DNA of 64,000 nt from Rhodocyclales bacterium (GCA_026399415.1 JAPLQZ010000213.1:2738-66737), one strand, 5' to 3'; shown: positions 1 to 11,912, counted from the stretch's first letter. Notes: generated from the letters alone by a model not told the origin. Numbers and translations: made by a program.

Positions 1-433
1 GCAGGGTCAGCGAATGCGGACAAAAACTGGGAGCGATGGGCAGTTCGCGGCCGCCGCGATCGGTCAGCACCGCAAGGTCGATTTTTGCCGGCCGGCCGTA
101 ATCGAACAACTCGTTCATCGCGGCGCGGATGGTGCGGCCGGTGTAGAGCACGTCATCGACGATGACGATGTGCGCGCCTTCGACATCGAAAGGAATCTGC
201 GAGGTCTTGGCATTGGCGTGCAAACCGCGCTGGTTGTAGTCGTCGCGATAGAAGGACACATTGATCGACCCAGGCGGTATCTTGAGTCCGAGAGCCGCGT
301 GCAGCCGCTCGGCGACCCAGACGCCGCCGGTATGGATGCCGACCAGCGCCGTTGCGGCGGGATCGACGTGGGGCCGCATGGCCTCGGCGAGTGCGACGCA
401 GAGTGCTTCGGCGTCAGGCAGGTGAGTGGACAT
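1..433 (-). CDS. pyrR: PyrR pyrimidine regulatory protein / UPRTase (3' end runs off window)
   Basis: Manual minus-strand translation [59 protein letters not shown]; PRPP motif; synteny with ruvX. Confidence 0.93.
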   Translation of the reverse strand, partial: MSTHLPDAEALCVALAEAMRPHVDPAATALVGIHTGGVWVAERLHAALGLKIPPGSINVSFYRDDYNQRGLHANAKTSQIPFDVEGAHIVIVDDVLYTGRTIRAAMNELFDYGRPAKIDLAVLTDRGGRELPIAPSFCPHSLTL

Positions 434-869
434 TGGCATGAAGTTCAAACCAGCTTTGGAGGATGATGAGTGCGGCTTCGGCATCGATCCGGGTCTTGCG
501 TTGCTGCCAGGACAGCCCGCGTTCGCGCAGGTTTGCATCAGCTTCGGTCGAGCTGAAGCGCTCGTCGACATCCTCCACCGGCAAGCGAAAACGCCCGCGC
601 AGCTGATTGGCGAAACGCTCGCAGCGCGCCGTCATTTCATGAGAGGTGCCGTCTTCATTCAGGGGCCGGCCCACCAGCAGACGGACCGGCTGCCACTCGG
701 CGATCAGCTTTGAGATGGCGTCGAAACGGGTGTCGTTGGCCTCGCTGTCGATGGTGGTCAGGGCGCGCGCCGACCCCGCCCGACCGGCGTCCAGTTGTAT
801 GCCAATAGCAACGCCGATGCGCTTCTGGCCGAAATCGAAGGCGAGCACGGCGCCAGACTGGTCAGGCAT
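414..869 (-). CDS. ruvX: YqgF/RuvX pre-16S rRNA nuclease
   Basis: [31 protein letters not shown] motifs; ATG overlaps the yqgE stop. Confidence 0.95.
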   Translation of the reverse strand: MPDQSGAVLAFDFGQKRIGVAIGIQLDAGRAGSARALTTIDSEANDTRFDAISKLIAEWQPVRLLVGRPLNEDGTSHEMTARCERFANQLRGRFRLPVEDVDERFSSTEADANLRERGLSWQQRKTRIDAEAALIILQSWFELHANVHSPA

Positions 870-1434
870 GCCCGGCAACTTCCGACAGGTTGGCAAAATC
901 CACGCCGAGCAACTGCATCGCGGCCGGCAGGCGCTCTTCGGGGGGCACCGCGAAGATGATGCCGATGTCTGCCTCGACCGTCAGCCAGGCGTTCTGCGAC
1001 AGTTCCCACTCCAACTGTCCCGCAGTCCAGCCGGCATAGCCAAGACTGACCAGCACTTCGGCCGGCTCGCCGGTGCTGCCCATGGCCAGGAGGATGTCGC
1101 GCGAACTGGTCAGCGCGATGCTGTCACTGACGTTGAGCGACGACTGCCATTGCCCCGCCGGCCGGTGCAGCACAAAGCCGCGGTCGGTCTGCACCGGGCC
1201 GCCGAAATACACCGGCAGACCGGCGAAGCGCGCTTCGGCCTGATCGTCCTCGAGCGGAATGCTGACGCGATCGAACAGCCCGGCAAGGCTCATCTCGGTC
1301 GGACGATTGACGATGATGCCGATGGCGCCGTCTGCGTTGTGCTCGCAGATATAGGTCAGCGTGCGGGAAAAATTCGGGTCGGCCATGGCGGGCATGGCGA
1401 TCAGAAAGTGGTTGGCGAGACTGACGGTTTCCAT
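862..1434 (-). CDS. algH: YqgE/AlgH family protein
   Basis: HFLIAMP..DPNF..YICEH..GGPV..LGYAGW..GQLE..NAWL..AGHA. Confidence 0.95.
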   Translation of the reverse strand: METVSLANHFLIAMPAMADPNFSRTLTYICEHNADGAIGIIVNRPTEMSLAGLFDRVSIPLEDDQAEARFAGLPVYFGGPVQTDRGFVLHRPAGQWQSSLNVSDSIALTSSRDILLAMGSTGEPAEVLVSLGYAGWTAGQLEWELSQNAWLTVEADIGIIFAVPPEERLPAAMQLLGVDFANLSEVAGHA

Positions 1435-1507
1435 GAATGTGCCGACATTGTAATCTCTCAGTCCGCTCCCGAGTATCCCCGCGTCGATCATTCCCTGCCG
1501 GCCGCTT

Positions 1508-1523
1508 TGTGCGACAGCGCACA
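1508..1523 (+). promoter_or_regulatory. Palindromic operator TGTGCG-ACAG-CGCACA; -10 TAGCGT at 1545
   Basis: Perfect 6-bp arms upstream of the HD-GYP operon. Confidence 0.75.
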
Positions 1524-1631
1524 TACGGCAGAGATGTTTTCGCATAGCGTCAGTCTTTCATGGATCCGGTACTTCCGTCTTCCGGGAGATCTTCAGCGCC
1601 GAACGCTGAATCAACACAGAAAGTTCGCGGC

Positions 1632-2702
1632 ATGAATGCCAACACTCCACGCACGCACGCCACCGTCCTGGTCGTCGACGACCAGGCGCACAACGTCAAA
1701 TTGCTCGAAACGCTTCTGCACGCCGAAGGGTATGCCACGATCACCGCCCGCAACGGCAGCGAGGCGCTGGCTTTGGCGGCAGCGAACAGGCCCGACCTGA
1801 TCCTGCTCGACATCATGATGCCGGACATGGACGGCTTCGACACCGTGACGCGGCTGAAGGCCGATCCGCGCACGAGGCCGGTGCCGGTGATCATGGTCAC
1901 CGCGCTCGACGACCGCGCATCCAAGCTGCGTGCGCTCGAAGCCGGCGCCGAGGAGTTCCTGCCGAAACCCATCGATCACGCCGACTTGCGCGTACGCGTG
2001 CGCAACCTGTTGCGGCTCAAGGAGTACGGCGATTTCCTCGCCAACCACAACCGGATTCTGGAGGAACAGGTGCGGGAGCGAACCGCGCAGATCGAAGAAG
2101 CGTATCGCGACACGGTGTTTACCCTGGTGCGCGCTTCGGAGCACAAGGACGAAGAGACCGGCCATCACATCCGGCGCATCAGTTACTACTGCAAGGAAAT
2201 GGCGGAGGCAATGGACTTGCCGGCGGATTTCCGATCCGCGATCTACCACGCCAGCCCGATGCACGACATCGGCAAGATCGGCATTGCCGATCATGTGTTG
2301 CTCAAGCCGGGCAGCTTCACGCCCAAGGAGTGGGTCATCATGAGAACCCACTGTACGCAGGGCGCCAGCATCCTGGGCAGCGGCACTTCGCCGTATATCC
2401 GCATGGGCGCCGAAATCGCACTCAACCACCACGAACGCCGGGACGGCAGCGGCTACCCGAACGGCCTCAAGGGCGAGGCGATTCCCCTCGCGGCGCGAAT
2501 CATGCAAGTCTGCGACGTCTACGACGCGCTGCGCAGCAAGCGTCCCTACAAGCTGCCAATCGATCACACGCGTTCCGTCGAGATCATTACCCAGGGCGAC
2601 GGCCGAGTCGAGCCAGGGCATTTCGACCCGGAGGTGCTGGCCTGTTTTGCGGCGCAGGCCGACCGCTTTGCCGCAATCTATGACCAGCACGTCGATGACT
2701 GA
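1632..2702 (+). CDS. REC-HD-GYP c-di-GMP phosphodiesterase (RpfG-like)
   Basis: REC (VVDD, DIMMP) plus HDIGK, HHERRDGSGYP, DVYDAL. Confidence 0.92.
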   Translation: MNANTPRTHATVLVVDDQAHNVKLLETLLHAEGYATITARNGSEALALAAANRPDLILLDIMMPDMDGFDTVTRLKADPRTRPVPVIMVTALDDRASKLRALEAGAEEFLPKPIDHADLRVRVRNLLRLKEYGDFLANHNRILEEQVRERTAQIEEAYRDTVFTLVRASEHKDEETGHHIRRISYYCKEMAEAMDLPADFRSAIYHASPMHDIGKIGIADHVLLKPGSFTPKEWVIMRTHCTQGASILGSGTSPYIRMGAEIALNHHERRDGSGYPNGLKGEAIPLAARIMQVCDVYDALRSKRPYKLPIDHTRSVEIITQGDGRVEPGHFDPEVLACFAAQADRFAAIYDQHVDD

Positions 2703-3708
2703 CAGCTCCCGCCCACAGCTTGGCGCCAGTGTCGATTCCGTCGCCCGCAAGCAGGTCGAAACGGAGGAGAAGAGCCTTGACCAGCGTCTGCGCGATCAGC
2801 AGTTCTACACACGCTCCCTGTTCGAATCCAACATCGACGCGTTGATGGCCACCGATCCGGCAGGCATCATCACCGATGTCAATAAACAAATGGGGGCACT
2901 TACCGGTCGCACGCGCGATGAGTTGATCGGCACACCGTTCATGAACTACTTCACCGATCCGAAACAGGCGGAGGCAGGCATCAAGCTGGTGCTGAGCAAA
3001 AAACAGGTCACCAACTACGAACTCACGGCGCGCGCCAGAGATGGCAAGGAAACCGTGGTGTCCTACAACGCGACCACCTTCTACGATAGAAACCGCAAGC
3101 TCCAGGGTGTATTCGTCGCCGCGCGCGACATCACGGAACGCAAGCAGGCAGAGGCACAAATTCTCAGCCTGGCCTTGCACGACGCGTTGACCGGCCTGCC
3201 CAATCGCCGCCTGTTAAACGACCGCTTGTGCCAGGCGATGGCGACCAGCAAACGGACCAAGCGTTATGGCGCGCTCATATTCCTCGATTTGGACAAATTC
3301 AAGTCGCTCAATGACACGCACGGACATAACGTGGGCGATCTGCTTCTGATCGAAGTTGCGCGTCGCATTGGCGGTTGTGTGCGCGAGGTAGACGTCGTCG
3401 CACGTTTCGGCGGCGATGAGTTTGTGGTGCTGCTCAGTGAGCTGGACAACAATGAAGTCGACTCCACCGCACAGTCCACCATCGTCGCCGAAAAAATCCG
3501 CGTCATCCTGAGCCGGCCCTATGTGTTGAAAATTGATTCAGAGGGTGCCGCAGCTGGCACCATCGAGCATCATTGTTCCTCAAGCATAGGTGTCGCGCTG
3601 TTTCTCGATCACGAGGTCGGTCCGGATGAAGTCATCAAGTGGGCGGATATAGCGATGTACCAGGCCAAAGAGGCTGGAGGCAATCTGATCCGCTTTTCCG
3701 AATCATGA
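2695..3708 (+). CDS. PAS-GGDEF diguanylate cyclase
   Basis: [20 protein letters not shown], RxxD I-site (REVD), RFGGDEF. Confidence 0.92.
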   Translation: MTDSSRPQLGASVDSVARKQVETEEKSLDQRLRDQQFYTRSLFESNIDALMATDPAGIITDVNKQMGALTGRTRDELIGTPFMNYFTDPKQAEAGIKLVLSKKQVTNYELTARARDGKETVVSYNATTFYDRNRKLQGVFVAARDITERKQAEAQILSLALHDALTGLPNRRLLNDRLCQAMATSKRTKRYGALIFLDLDKFKSLNDTHGHNVGDLLLIEVARRIGGCVREVDVVARFGGDEFVVLLSELDNNEVDSTAQSTIVAEKIRVILSRPYVLKIDSEGAAAGTIEHHCSSSIGVALFLDHEVGPDEVIKWADIAMYQAKEAGGNLIRFSES

Positions 3709-5762
3709 CCAATAGGGCATTCACGGATTATCGGAGGCCACTGACGCCGAAAACAGCCGGCGATTCCGGCAAGCCGGTACCGACCGGTACGGAGGATGGT
3801 ATCGCCGAGTTTCGCCGCCAGGAGGCTCTGCTCAAGACCGGCGCTCTGCAGAAAGCCATTTTCAACAGCGCCAACTTCTCATGTATCGCTACCGACGCCG
3901 AGGGTGTCATCCAGCTCTTCAACGTCGGCGCCGAACGCATGCTGGGCTACGCCGCCGCCGAGGTGATGAACAAGATCACCCCGGCCGACATCTCCGATCC
4001 ACAGGAACTGATCGCTCGCGCCACGGCCTTGAGCGCCGAGTTCGACACAACGATCAAGCCGGGCTTCGAGGCCCTGGTGTTCAAGGCCTCGCGCGGCATC
4101 GAGGACATTTACGAGCTGACCAAGATCCGCAAGGATGGCAGCCGTTTCCCGGCCGTGGTGTCGGTCACGGCGCTGCGCGACACTCAAGGCGAAATCATCG
4201 GCTACCTGCTTATCGGCACCGACAACACCGGGGGCAAGCGATCGCAGGCGTTGGAGCAACGTTACCGACGTCTGTTCGAAACGGCGAAGGACGGCATTCT
4301 GATCCTGGACGCCGAGACGGGCATGGTCGTTGACGCGAATCCATTCATCACCGAGCTGCTGGGCTACTCTCTGGATGACGTCCGCGAGAAGTACATCTGG
4401 GATCTGGGCTTCTTCGGGAATATTGCGGCAAACAAGGAAAAATTTCTGGATTTGCAGCAGCAGGAGTATGTGCGCTACGACGACCTCCCGCTGGAGACCG
4501 CGCAGGGGCAAACGAGGCACGTGGAATTCGTCAGCAACGTCTATCTGGCCGGCAACACCCGGGTGATCCAATGCAACATCCGTGACATCACCGAAAAGAA
4601 GCGGCTCGGCGAAGAACTCGAGCGCTACCGCCACCATCTGGAAGAACTGGTGGCCACCCGCACCGCACAACTCGCCGAGGCCAGTGGAATCGCCGAATCC
4701 GCCAACCGGGCCAAGAGTGCCTTCCTCGCCAACATGAGCCACGAAATTCGCACCCCGATGAACGGCATCCTCGGCATGGCCGGCATCCTGCGCCGGGAAG
4801 GGGTGACGTCGAAGCAGGCCGAACGCCTCGATAACATCGACAGGTCCGGCCAGCATCTGCTGGGCCTCATCAACAACATCCTCGACATTTCCAAGATCGA
4901 GGCCGGTAAGTTCGTCCTGGAAGAAGCGCCGGTCGCCATCGCCAGCCTGCTGAAGAATGTCGTGTCGATCCTGTCGGAGCGCGTCAATGCCAAGGGCTTC
5001 ACCGGCACGGGCAGCGTGACGCTGCGCCTCCGCAAACAGGAAGAAACCGCTGAGTCGGTGCTGGTGCGCTTCGAAGTAACGGATACCGGCATCGGCATCG
5101 CGCCGGAGACCATGCAGCGGCTCTTCAGTGCCTTCGAACAGGCCGACAATTCAATGACCCGCAAATATGGCGGCACCGGACTCGGCCTGGCGATTACCCG
5201 ACGCCTGGCCGGACTGATGGGCGGAGAAGTCGGCGCTGACAGCACGCCGGGAATCGGCAGTACCTTCTGGTTCACCGCGAGGCTGAGGAAGGGCGAAGAG
5301 GCTGTCGTCACGGAGGCCTTCGTACATGGCGATGCCGAGACGCTCATCCGGCAGCAGCATGCGGGCAGCCGCATTCTGGTGGTCGACGACGAGCCGATCA
5401 ACCGCGAAGTGGCCAAGCTGCAACTCGAAGCTGTCGGGCTTGTCGTGGATATGGCGGAGGACGGTGCAGAGGCAATCGCCCTGGCGCGAAAGACAGCCTA
5501 CGCGGCCATCTTCATGGACATGCAGATGCCGGTGGTCAATGGCCTTGAAGCGACGCAGCAAATACGCAAACTTTCCGGATACGCGCAGATACCGATCATT
5601 GCCATGACCGCCAACGCCTTGCCCGACGACAAGGCGCGCTGTCTGACGGCGGGCATGAATGACTTCCTGATCAAACCCTTCGACCCCGCTACGATGTTTG
5701 CGATATTGCTGCCGTGGCTGGTTCCGCGCGACGGCATGAAGTCTTCATCCAGTGTGCGATAG
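3705..5762 (+). CDS. PAS-PAS hybrid histidine kinase with internal deletion of the N-box region
   Basis: [13 protein letters not shown]-box, DTGIG and GGTGLGL boxes, C-terminal REC; no GDxxRLxQ..N..NAVK segment. Confidence 0.8.
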   Translation: MTNRAFTDYRRPLTPKTAGDSGKPVPTGTEDGIAEFRRQEALLKTGALQKAIFNSANFSCIATDAEGVIQLFNVGAERMLGYAAAEVMNKITPADISDPQELIARATALSAEFDTTIKPGFEALVFKASRGIEDIYELTKIRKDGSRFPAVVSVTALRDTQGEIIGYLLIGTDNTGGKRSQALEQRYRRLFETAKDGILILDAETGMVVDANPFITELLGYSLDDVREKYIWDLGFFGNIAANKEKFLDLQQQEYVRYDDLPLETAQGQTRHVEFVSNVYLAGNTRVIQCNIRDITEKKRLGEELERYRHHLEELVATRTAQLAEASGIAESANRAKSAFLANMSHEIRTPMNGILGMAGILRREGVTSKQAERLDNIDRSGQHLLGLINNILDISKIEAGKFVLEEAPVAIASLLKNVVSILSERVNAKGFTGTGSVTLRLRKQEETAESVLVRFEVTDTGIGIAPETMQRLFSAFEQADNSMTRKYGGTGLGLAITRRLAGLMGGEVGADSTPGIGSTFWFTARLRKGEEAVVTEAFVHGDAETLIRQQHAGSRILVVDDEPINREVAKLQLEAVGLVVDMAEDGAEAIALARKTAYAAIFMDMQMPVVNGLEATQQIRKLSGYAQIPIIAMTANALPDDKARCLTAGMNDFLIKPFDPATMFAILLPWLVPRDGMKSSSSVR

Positions 5763-5768
5763 CGCACG
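5753..5768 (+). promoter_or_regulatory. Operator TGTGCG-ATAG-CGCACG; TATAAG at 5790
   Basis: Motif match overlapping the kinase stop, upstream of the next kinase. Confidence 0.65.
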
Positions 5769-6605
5769 GAGTGCGGCAAGCTAAATCGCTATAAGACTGT
5801 ATAGCGGCTCCTGACTCATCAACGGACTCGACTTCGACGCCGGTGCGTTCGAGCACAAGCATGCATCTTCTTGCGGCGTGCGCGCACAAGTGAGGCGCCG
5901 CTCGCAGCATCTGCCGCGAAATCGGCGAGATTCATTTGCATTTTCTTTTCTGGCAGAAATCGACCATGCCCTTGAATCCTGATTTCGTCATCCCCAATCC
6001 CGCCTCCGGGACAACGGAAGGCATCACCGAAGCCCGACGCCAGGAGGCATTGATTAAAACCGATGCCTTGCAGAGCGCGATCTTCAACAGCGCCAACTTT
6101 TCCAGCATCGCCACCGACGCCAAGGGCGTGATCCAGATTTTCAACGTCGGCGCCGAGCGCATGCTGGGCTACACGGCGGCCGACGTGATGAACAAGATCA
6201 CGCCGGCCGACATCTCCGATCCGCAGGAAGTGATTGCGCGCGCGGAGGCCTTGAGCATCGAGCTCGGCACCCCGATCACGCCGGGCTTTGAAGCGCTGGT
6301 ATTCAAGGCCTCGCGCGGCATCGAGGACATCTACGAGCTGACCTACATCCGCAAGGACGGCAGCCGCTTCCCGGCCATCGTCTCCGTCACGGCGCTGCGC
6401 GATGAGCAGGACGCCATCATCGGCTACCTGCTGATCGGCACCGACAACACGGCCCGCAAAAAGGCGGAAGAGGCACTGCTTAGAGCGGGGGCCCTGCAGA
6501 GCGCGATTTTCAACAGCGCCAACTTCTCCAGCATCGCCACCGACGCCAAGGGCGTCATCCAGATCTTCAACGTCGGCGCCGAACGCATGCTGGGCTACAC
6601 CGCCG

Positions 6606-6671
6606 CCGAAGTGATGAACAAGATCACGCCGGCCGACACCGAAGTGATGAACAAGATCACGCCGGCCGACA
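6606..6671 (+). repeat. Perfect 33-bp tandem duplication (in frame)
   Basis: ccgaagtgatgaacaagatcacgccggccgaca x2. Confidence 0.95.
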
Positions 6672-6842
6672 TCTCCGATCCGCAGGAAGTGATCGCGCGC
6701 GCCAAGGCCTTGACAGTCGAGCTGGACACGCCGATTGCGCCGGGTTTCGAGGCCCTGGTGTTCAAGGCCTCGCGCGGCATCGAGGACATCTACGAACTGA
6801 CCTACATCCGCAAGGACGGCAGCCGCTTCCCGGCGGTGGTCT

Positions 6843-6900
6843 CGGTCACGGCGCTGCGCGACGCCGAAGACCGGTCACGGCGCTGCGCGACGCCGAAGAC
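6843..6900 (+). repeat. Perfect 29-bp tandem duplication (frameshifting)
   Basis: cggtcacggcgctgcgcgacgccgaagac x2. Confidence 0.95.
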
Positions 6901-9900
6901 GCCATCATCGGCTACCTGCTGATCGGCACCGACAACACCGCCCGCAAGTTGGCGGAAGAAGCGCTGCTCAAGGCCGGCGCGCTGCAGAGCGCGATTTTCA
7001 ACAGCGCCAACTTTTCCAGCATCGCCACCGACGCCAGGGGCGTGATCCAGATCTTCAACGTCGGCGCCGAACGCATGCTGGGCTATGCCGCTGGCGACGT
7101 GATGAACAAGATCACGCCGGCCGACATTTCCGATCCGCAGGAAGTCATCACTCGCGCCAAGGCCCTGAGCGTCGAACTTGGAACCCCGATCACGCCGGGC
7201 TTCGAGGCCCTGGTATTCAAGGCCTCGCGCGGCATCGAGGACATCTACGAGCTGACCTACATCCGCAAGGACGGCAGCCGCTTCCCGGCGGTGGTCTCGG
7301 TCACGGCCTTGCGTGACGAGCAGGAGGCCATCATCGGCTACCTGCTGATCGGCACCGACAATACCGCGCGCAAGCAGATCGAGGGAGAACAGAAGCAGCT
7401 CTCCCAGCGCTTGCGCGACCATCAGTTCTATACGCGCTCCCTGTTCGAATCCAACATCGACGCACTGATGACCACCGATCTGTTTGGCATCATCACCGAT
7501 GTCAACAAACAGATGGAGCTGCTTACCGATTGCACGCGCGACGAATTGATCGGCGCCCCGTTCAAGAGCTACTTCACCGATCCGGAACGGGCCGAGGCGG
7601 GCATCAAGGTGGTGCTGAGCGAAAAGAAGGTCACCAACTACGAACTCACCGCGCGCGCCAGGGACGGCAAGGAAACAGTGGTTTCCTTCAACGCGACCAC
7701 CTTCTACGATCGGGACAGACGGTTGCAGGGCGTGTTCGCCTCGGCGCGCGACGTCACCGAGCGCAATCGCCTGGATCAGGCATTGCAGGAAAAGAACATC
7801 GAACTGGAGAGCGCCAAGGCCGCGGCGGATAAAGCCAGCCTGGCCAAGTCGGATTTCCTCTCCAACATGAGCCACGAGATCCGCACCCCGATGAATGCCA
7901 TCATCGGCATGTCGCACCTGGCGCTGAAGACCGAGATGACGCCGCGCCAGCGCGACTACGTCAAGAAAATCCAGGGCTCCAGCCAGCATCTGCTCAGCAT
8001 CATCAACGATATTCTCGACTTCTCGAAGATCGAGGCGGGCAAGCTGACGGTCGAGCACACCGAGTTCGAACTGGAAAAGGTGCTCAACAATGTAGCCAAC
8101 CTGATCGCCGAAAAAACTTCCGCCAAAGGGCTGGAGCTGGTGTTCGACGTCGACAAGAACGTGCCGCTCAAGCTGATCGGCGATCCACTGCGACTGGGGC
8201 AGATTCTTATCAACTACAGCAACAATGCCGTCAAGTTCACCGAGCAGGGCGAGATTGACATCGCCATTCGCGTCAAGGAGCAGACCGACAAGGAAGTACT
8301 GCTGTACTGCACCGTGCGCGATACCGGCATCGGCCTGTCGGCGGAGCAGATGGGACGGCTGTTCCAGAGCTTTTCGCAGGGCGACAGCTCGACCACCCGC
8401 GAATTTGGCGGCACCGGCCTCGGTCTGGTCATTTCCAAGAAGTTGGCCGAACTGATGGGCGGCGAGGTGGGCGTAGACAGCGAGCCGGGCAAGGGCAGCA
8501 CTTTCTGGTTCACCGCGCGCCTCGGCAAGGGCGTCGGCCAGCAGCGCAGGCTCGCGCTGTCGGCCGACCTGCAGGGCAAGCGTGTGCTGGTGGTGGACGA
8601 CAACGAGAACGCCCGCCTGGTGCTGGGCGATCTGCTCGGCAGCATGAGTTTCAAGGTTGACCGCGCCGCGTCGGGCAAGGAGGCCATCGGCGCCGTGGAT
8701 CGTGCCGAGGCGGAGGGCATGCCTTACGAAATCGTGTTTCTTGACTGGCACATGCCGGGCATGAATGGCAATGAGGCGGCCAGGCGGCTGAGGGAGCTGC
8801 CGCTCACCAGCAGCCCGCACATCATGATGGTGACCGCTTACGGCCATGAAGAAGTAATCAAGGGAGCGGAGGCATCCGGTATCGAGGATGTGCTGATCAA
8901 GCCGGTCAATGCCTCGACGCTGTTCGATGCCGTGGTACGCATTCTGGGCGGCGCTGTTGAGGGCACGCGCACCGCCGCAGACGTGCCGACCGATACCTTC
9001 GAGCAACTCGCTACCATCAAGGGCGCGCGGATCCTGCTGGTGGATGACAACGACCTTAACCAGGAAGTGGCGACGGAATTGCTGACGGACGCCGGTTTCG
9101 TCGTCGATCTGGCCGAGAACGGCCAGATCGCGGTGGACAAGGTCAAGGCTGCCGCTTACGACATTGTGTTAATGGATATGCAGATGCCGGTGATGGACGG
9201 CGTAACGGCGACTCGCGAGATCCGCAAGGAGGCGCTCTTCAATGAACTGCCGGTGGTGGCGATGACCGCCAATGCCATGCAGGGTGACCGTGATCGTTGC
9301 ATGGCGGCGGGCATGAACGATCATGTTGCCAAACCGATAGAGCCGGAAGACTTGTGGCGGGTGTTGCTGAAATGGATCAAGCCGCGCGAATCGATTCCCG
9401 CCGCGGCAGAGCTGAAGCCACAGGCGGCTGAGGATGCCCCCCTGCCATCCGGCATCGAGGGACTGGACACCGCCAACGGCCTGCGCCGCGTGCTCGGCAA
9501 GAAGCCGCTCTACTTCTCGATGCTGCGCAAGTTCGTCGCCGGGCAGAAATCGGTAGTGGGCGAGATCCGCGCGGCGCTGGCGGGCATGGCCTGGGATACC
9601 GCTGAACGGCTCGCCCACACGCTCAAGGGAGTGTCCGGCAATATCGGCGCCACCGACTTGCAGCCGTTGGCGGAAAAGCTCGAGGTCGCGGTCAAGGAGC
9701 GCCGTTCGCGCGAGGAGATCGAGGCCCGGCTCGACGAGCTGAAAATCCCGCTCGAGTATCTGATCGCCCAACTCGAACAGAAACTGCCGGAGAAACCGGC
9801 CAAGAAGTTCGTCGCGGTCGACCGGAAAGAGCTCATAACGGTCTGTGACAGGCTGAGGCTTCTGCTGGCAGCAAACGACGCGAGGGCGGTCGCCGTGCTG

Positions 9901-10039
9901 GAAGCGAATGCCGACCTGCTGAGCACGGCCTTCCCCGACCAGTATCGCAAGATCGACGATGGCATCCGATCATTCAACTTCGAAGCGGCACTTGCAGCAC
10001 TGCGGGCCACCGCTGAAGCAACACCCTGAAAGACGTCCA

Positions 10040-11446
10040 ATGGACGGACTAGATTTCACCGAAAGGGCCACGATACTGGTGGTCGACGACACGCCGGACA
10101 ATCTGAGCGTGATGAGCAATCTGCTCATGGACCGCTACCGGGTAAAAATTGCCAACAGTGGCGAAAAAGCGTTGCAGATCGCCGCCTCGGACTCGCCACC
10201 GGACCTGATCCTGCTCGACATCATGATGCCCGGCATGGACGGCTACGAGGTCTGCGAGCGACTCAAGCACGACCCGAAAACGGCCGGCATCCCGGTGATC
10301 TTCCTCACCGCCAAAGCCGAGGCAACGGACGAGAAAAAGGGGCTGGAACTCGGCGCGGTCGATTACATCACCAAACCGATCAGTCCGCCCCTTGTCATGG
10401 CACGGGTGAAGAACCATCTGGCGCTAAAAGCCACGAATGACTTCCTGCGCGACCAGAACAGCTTTCTCGAACAGGAGGTGGCCAGGCGCACCAAGGAGGT
10501 AATGGCAAGCCGGGACCTGGCAGCCAAGAACCTGCAACTCGAGGACGCGAGCCGGATGAAGTCGGAGTTCCTCGCCAACATGTCGCACGAACTGAGAACT
10601 CCGTTGAACGCCATCATCGGCTTTTCCGAGATGCTCAGGGACGGCCTGCTGGGCGATCTGTCGCCGCAGCAAAAGGAGTCGGTCAACGACATTTTCACCA
10701 GCGGCAACCACCTGTTATCGCTAATCAACGACATTCTCGACCTGTCGAAGGTGGAAGCAGGAAAGATGACGCTGGAACTCGATCCGCTGCAACCGGCGGC
10801 GTTGGTCGCGGCCGGCCTGCAAGTGGTGCGGGAGCAAGCCATCACACAACGCGTGCACCTGATCGCCGATGTCGCGGAAGGCCTCGGCGAGGTGATGCTG
10901 GACGGGCGCAAGGTCAAGCAGATTCTCTACAACCTGCTCTCGAACGCCGTCAAGTTCACCCCCGAGGGTGGCGAAGTACGTGTTGCGGCGCGGCGCGTCG
11001 AGCGCCAGGCACTGCCCGACGAAGGTTTCGAGCACTATCTTGAGCTGGCCGTGAGCGACAGCGGAATCGGCATCTCCAGCGAAGACCAGGCTCGCCTGTT
11101 CCGGCCTTTCACCCAGATCGACAGCACACTGGCGCGTCGCTACGAGGGCACCGGCCTCGGCCTGGCAATGGTCAAGCAACTGACCGAACTGCACGGTGGC
11201 GCCGTGACTCTGCTGAGCACGCCGAAAGAAGGCTCGACGTTCACGGTGTGGCTGCCGTGGCGCGAGGCACCAGACCAACCTGCCGCCCCGCTGCCGGCCC
11301 TGGGCTGGCTGGAGGGCATCGACATTGCGCGGCGCCAGCATCCGGACCTGATCGTGCTTGATTTGTTGATGCCGGAGGTCAGCGGTGTCGAGGTGGTAGA
11401 GGCCTTGAAGCAGGACGCGGCCACGGCCGCTTCATCAACGAAGTGA
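10040..11446 (+). CDS. REC-HisKA-HATPase kinase with remnant C-terminal REC
   Basis: VVDD..DIMMP; SHELRTP; NLLSNAVKF; GTGLGL; partial PDLIVLDLLMP tail. Confidence 0.85.
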   Translation: MDGLDFTERATILVVDDTPDNLSVMSNLLMDRYRVKIANSGEKALQIAASDSPPDLILLDIMMPGMDGYEVCERLKHDPKTAGIPVIFLTAKAEATDEKKGLELGAVDYITKPISPPLVMARVKNHLALKATNDFLRDQNSFLEQEVARRTKEVMASRDLAAKNLQLEDASRMKSEFLANMSHELRTPLNAIIGFSEMLRDGLLGDLSPQQKESVNDIFTSGNHLLSLINDILDLSKVEAGKMTLELDPLQPAALVAAGLQVVREQAITQRVHLIADVAEGLGEVMLDGRKVKQILYNLLSNAVKFTPEGGEVRVAARRVERQALPDEGFEHYLELAVSDSGIGISSEDQARLFRPFTQIDSTLARRYEGTGLGLAMVKQLTELHGGAVTLLSTPKEGSTFTVWLPWREAPDQPAAPLPALGWLEGIDIARRQHPDLIVLDLLMPEVSGVEVVEALKQDAATAASSTK

Positions 11447-11476
11447 GGCGGGCGATGAGCGGGAAGGGAAAATGAC

Positions 11477-11836
11477 ATGGCGCGCATCCTGGTGATCGAG
11501 GACAACGCGGCAAACATGAAGCTGACCGTGTTGCTGTTGCAAAGGGAGGGTCACGAAGTCATCGAGGCGATCGACGCCGAAGACGGCATCCGACTCGCCC
11601 GCGAGCGCTTGCCGAAGCTGATCCTGATGGACGTGCAGCTGCCCGGCATGGACGGCCTGGCGGCCACGCGTCTGCTCAAAAGGGATGCCGCGACCAGCAA
11701 AATCAAGATCGTGGCGCTGACCGCCCTCGCCATGACCGGTGACCGCGAAAGGATGGAGGCCGCCGGCTGCGACGGCTACATTGCCAAACCGATTCGCTAC
11801 CGGGAATTCCTCAAGGTGGTCTGCAAGATGGTGTAG
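11477..11836 (+). CDS. Single-domain response regulator (DivK/CheY-like)
   Basis: ILVIEDN..MDVQLPGMDG..ALTA..YIAKP. Confidence 0.9.
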   Translation: MARILVIEDNAANMKLTVLLLQREGHEVIEAIDAEDGIRLARERLPKLILMDVQLPGMDGLAATRLLKRDAATSKIKIVALTALAMTGDRERMEAAGCDGYIAKPIRYREFLKVVCKMV

Positions 11837-11896
11837 AGAACAGTCGGCGCCGGCGGTACGGCGTTGGCAGGCCGTGTCTGCCCGGCCGCAGGACTA

Positions 11897-11912
11897 TGTG
11901 CGTCAGCGTACC
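11897..11912 (+). promoter_or_regulatory. Operator TGTGCG-TCAG-CGTACC; -10 TATAAC at 11934
   Basis: Motif with fixed-spaced -10 upstream of the OmpA gene. Confidence 0.7.

Larger units (their letters stand above)
5966..10029 (+). pseudogene. PAS x4-HisKA-HATPase-REC-REC-HPt hybrid kinase, frameshifted at 6843-6900
   Basis: ORFs 5936..6922 and 6949..10029 join once one copy of a 29-bp tandem duplication is removed; AHTLKG HPt motif. Confidence 0.8.

Noticed and set aside
14-466. 150-aa + strand ORF
   Set aside because: Antisense shadow of pyrR, which is clearly encoded on the minus strand.
1435-1631. Island attachment site, tRNA or integrase at the left boundary
   Set aside because: No tRNA, integrase or flanking repeat is visible; island status is inferred from gene content only.
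5842-5857. GGTGCG-TTCG-AGCACA second site
   Set aside because: Two mismatches and no -10 at the expected spacing; possibly chance.
6802-9006. 734-aa minus-strand ORF
   Set aside because: Antisense to the hybrid kinase; typical high-GC shadow frame with no recognisable motifs.
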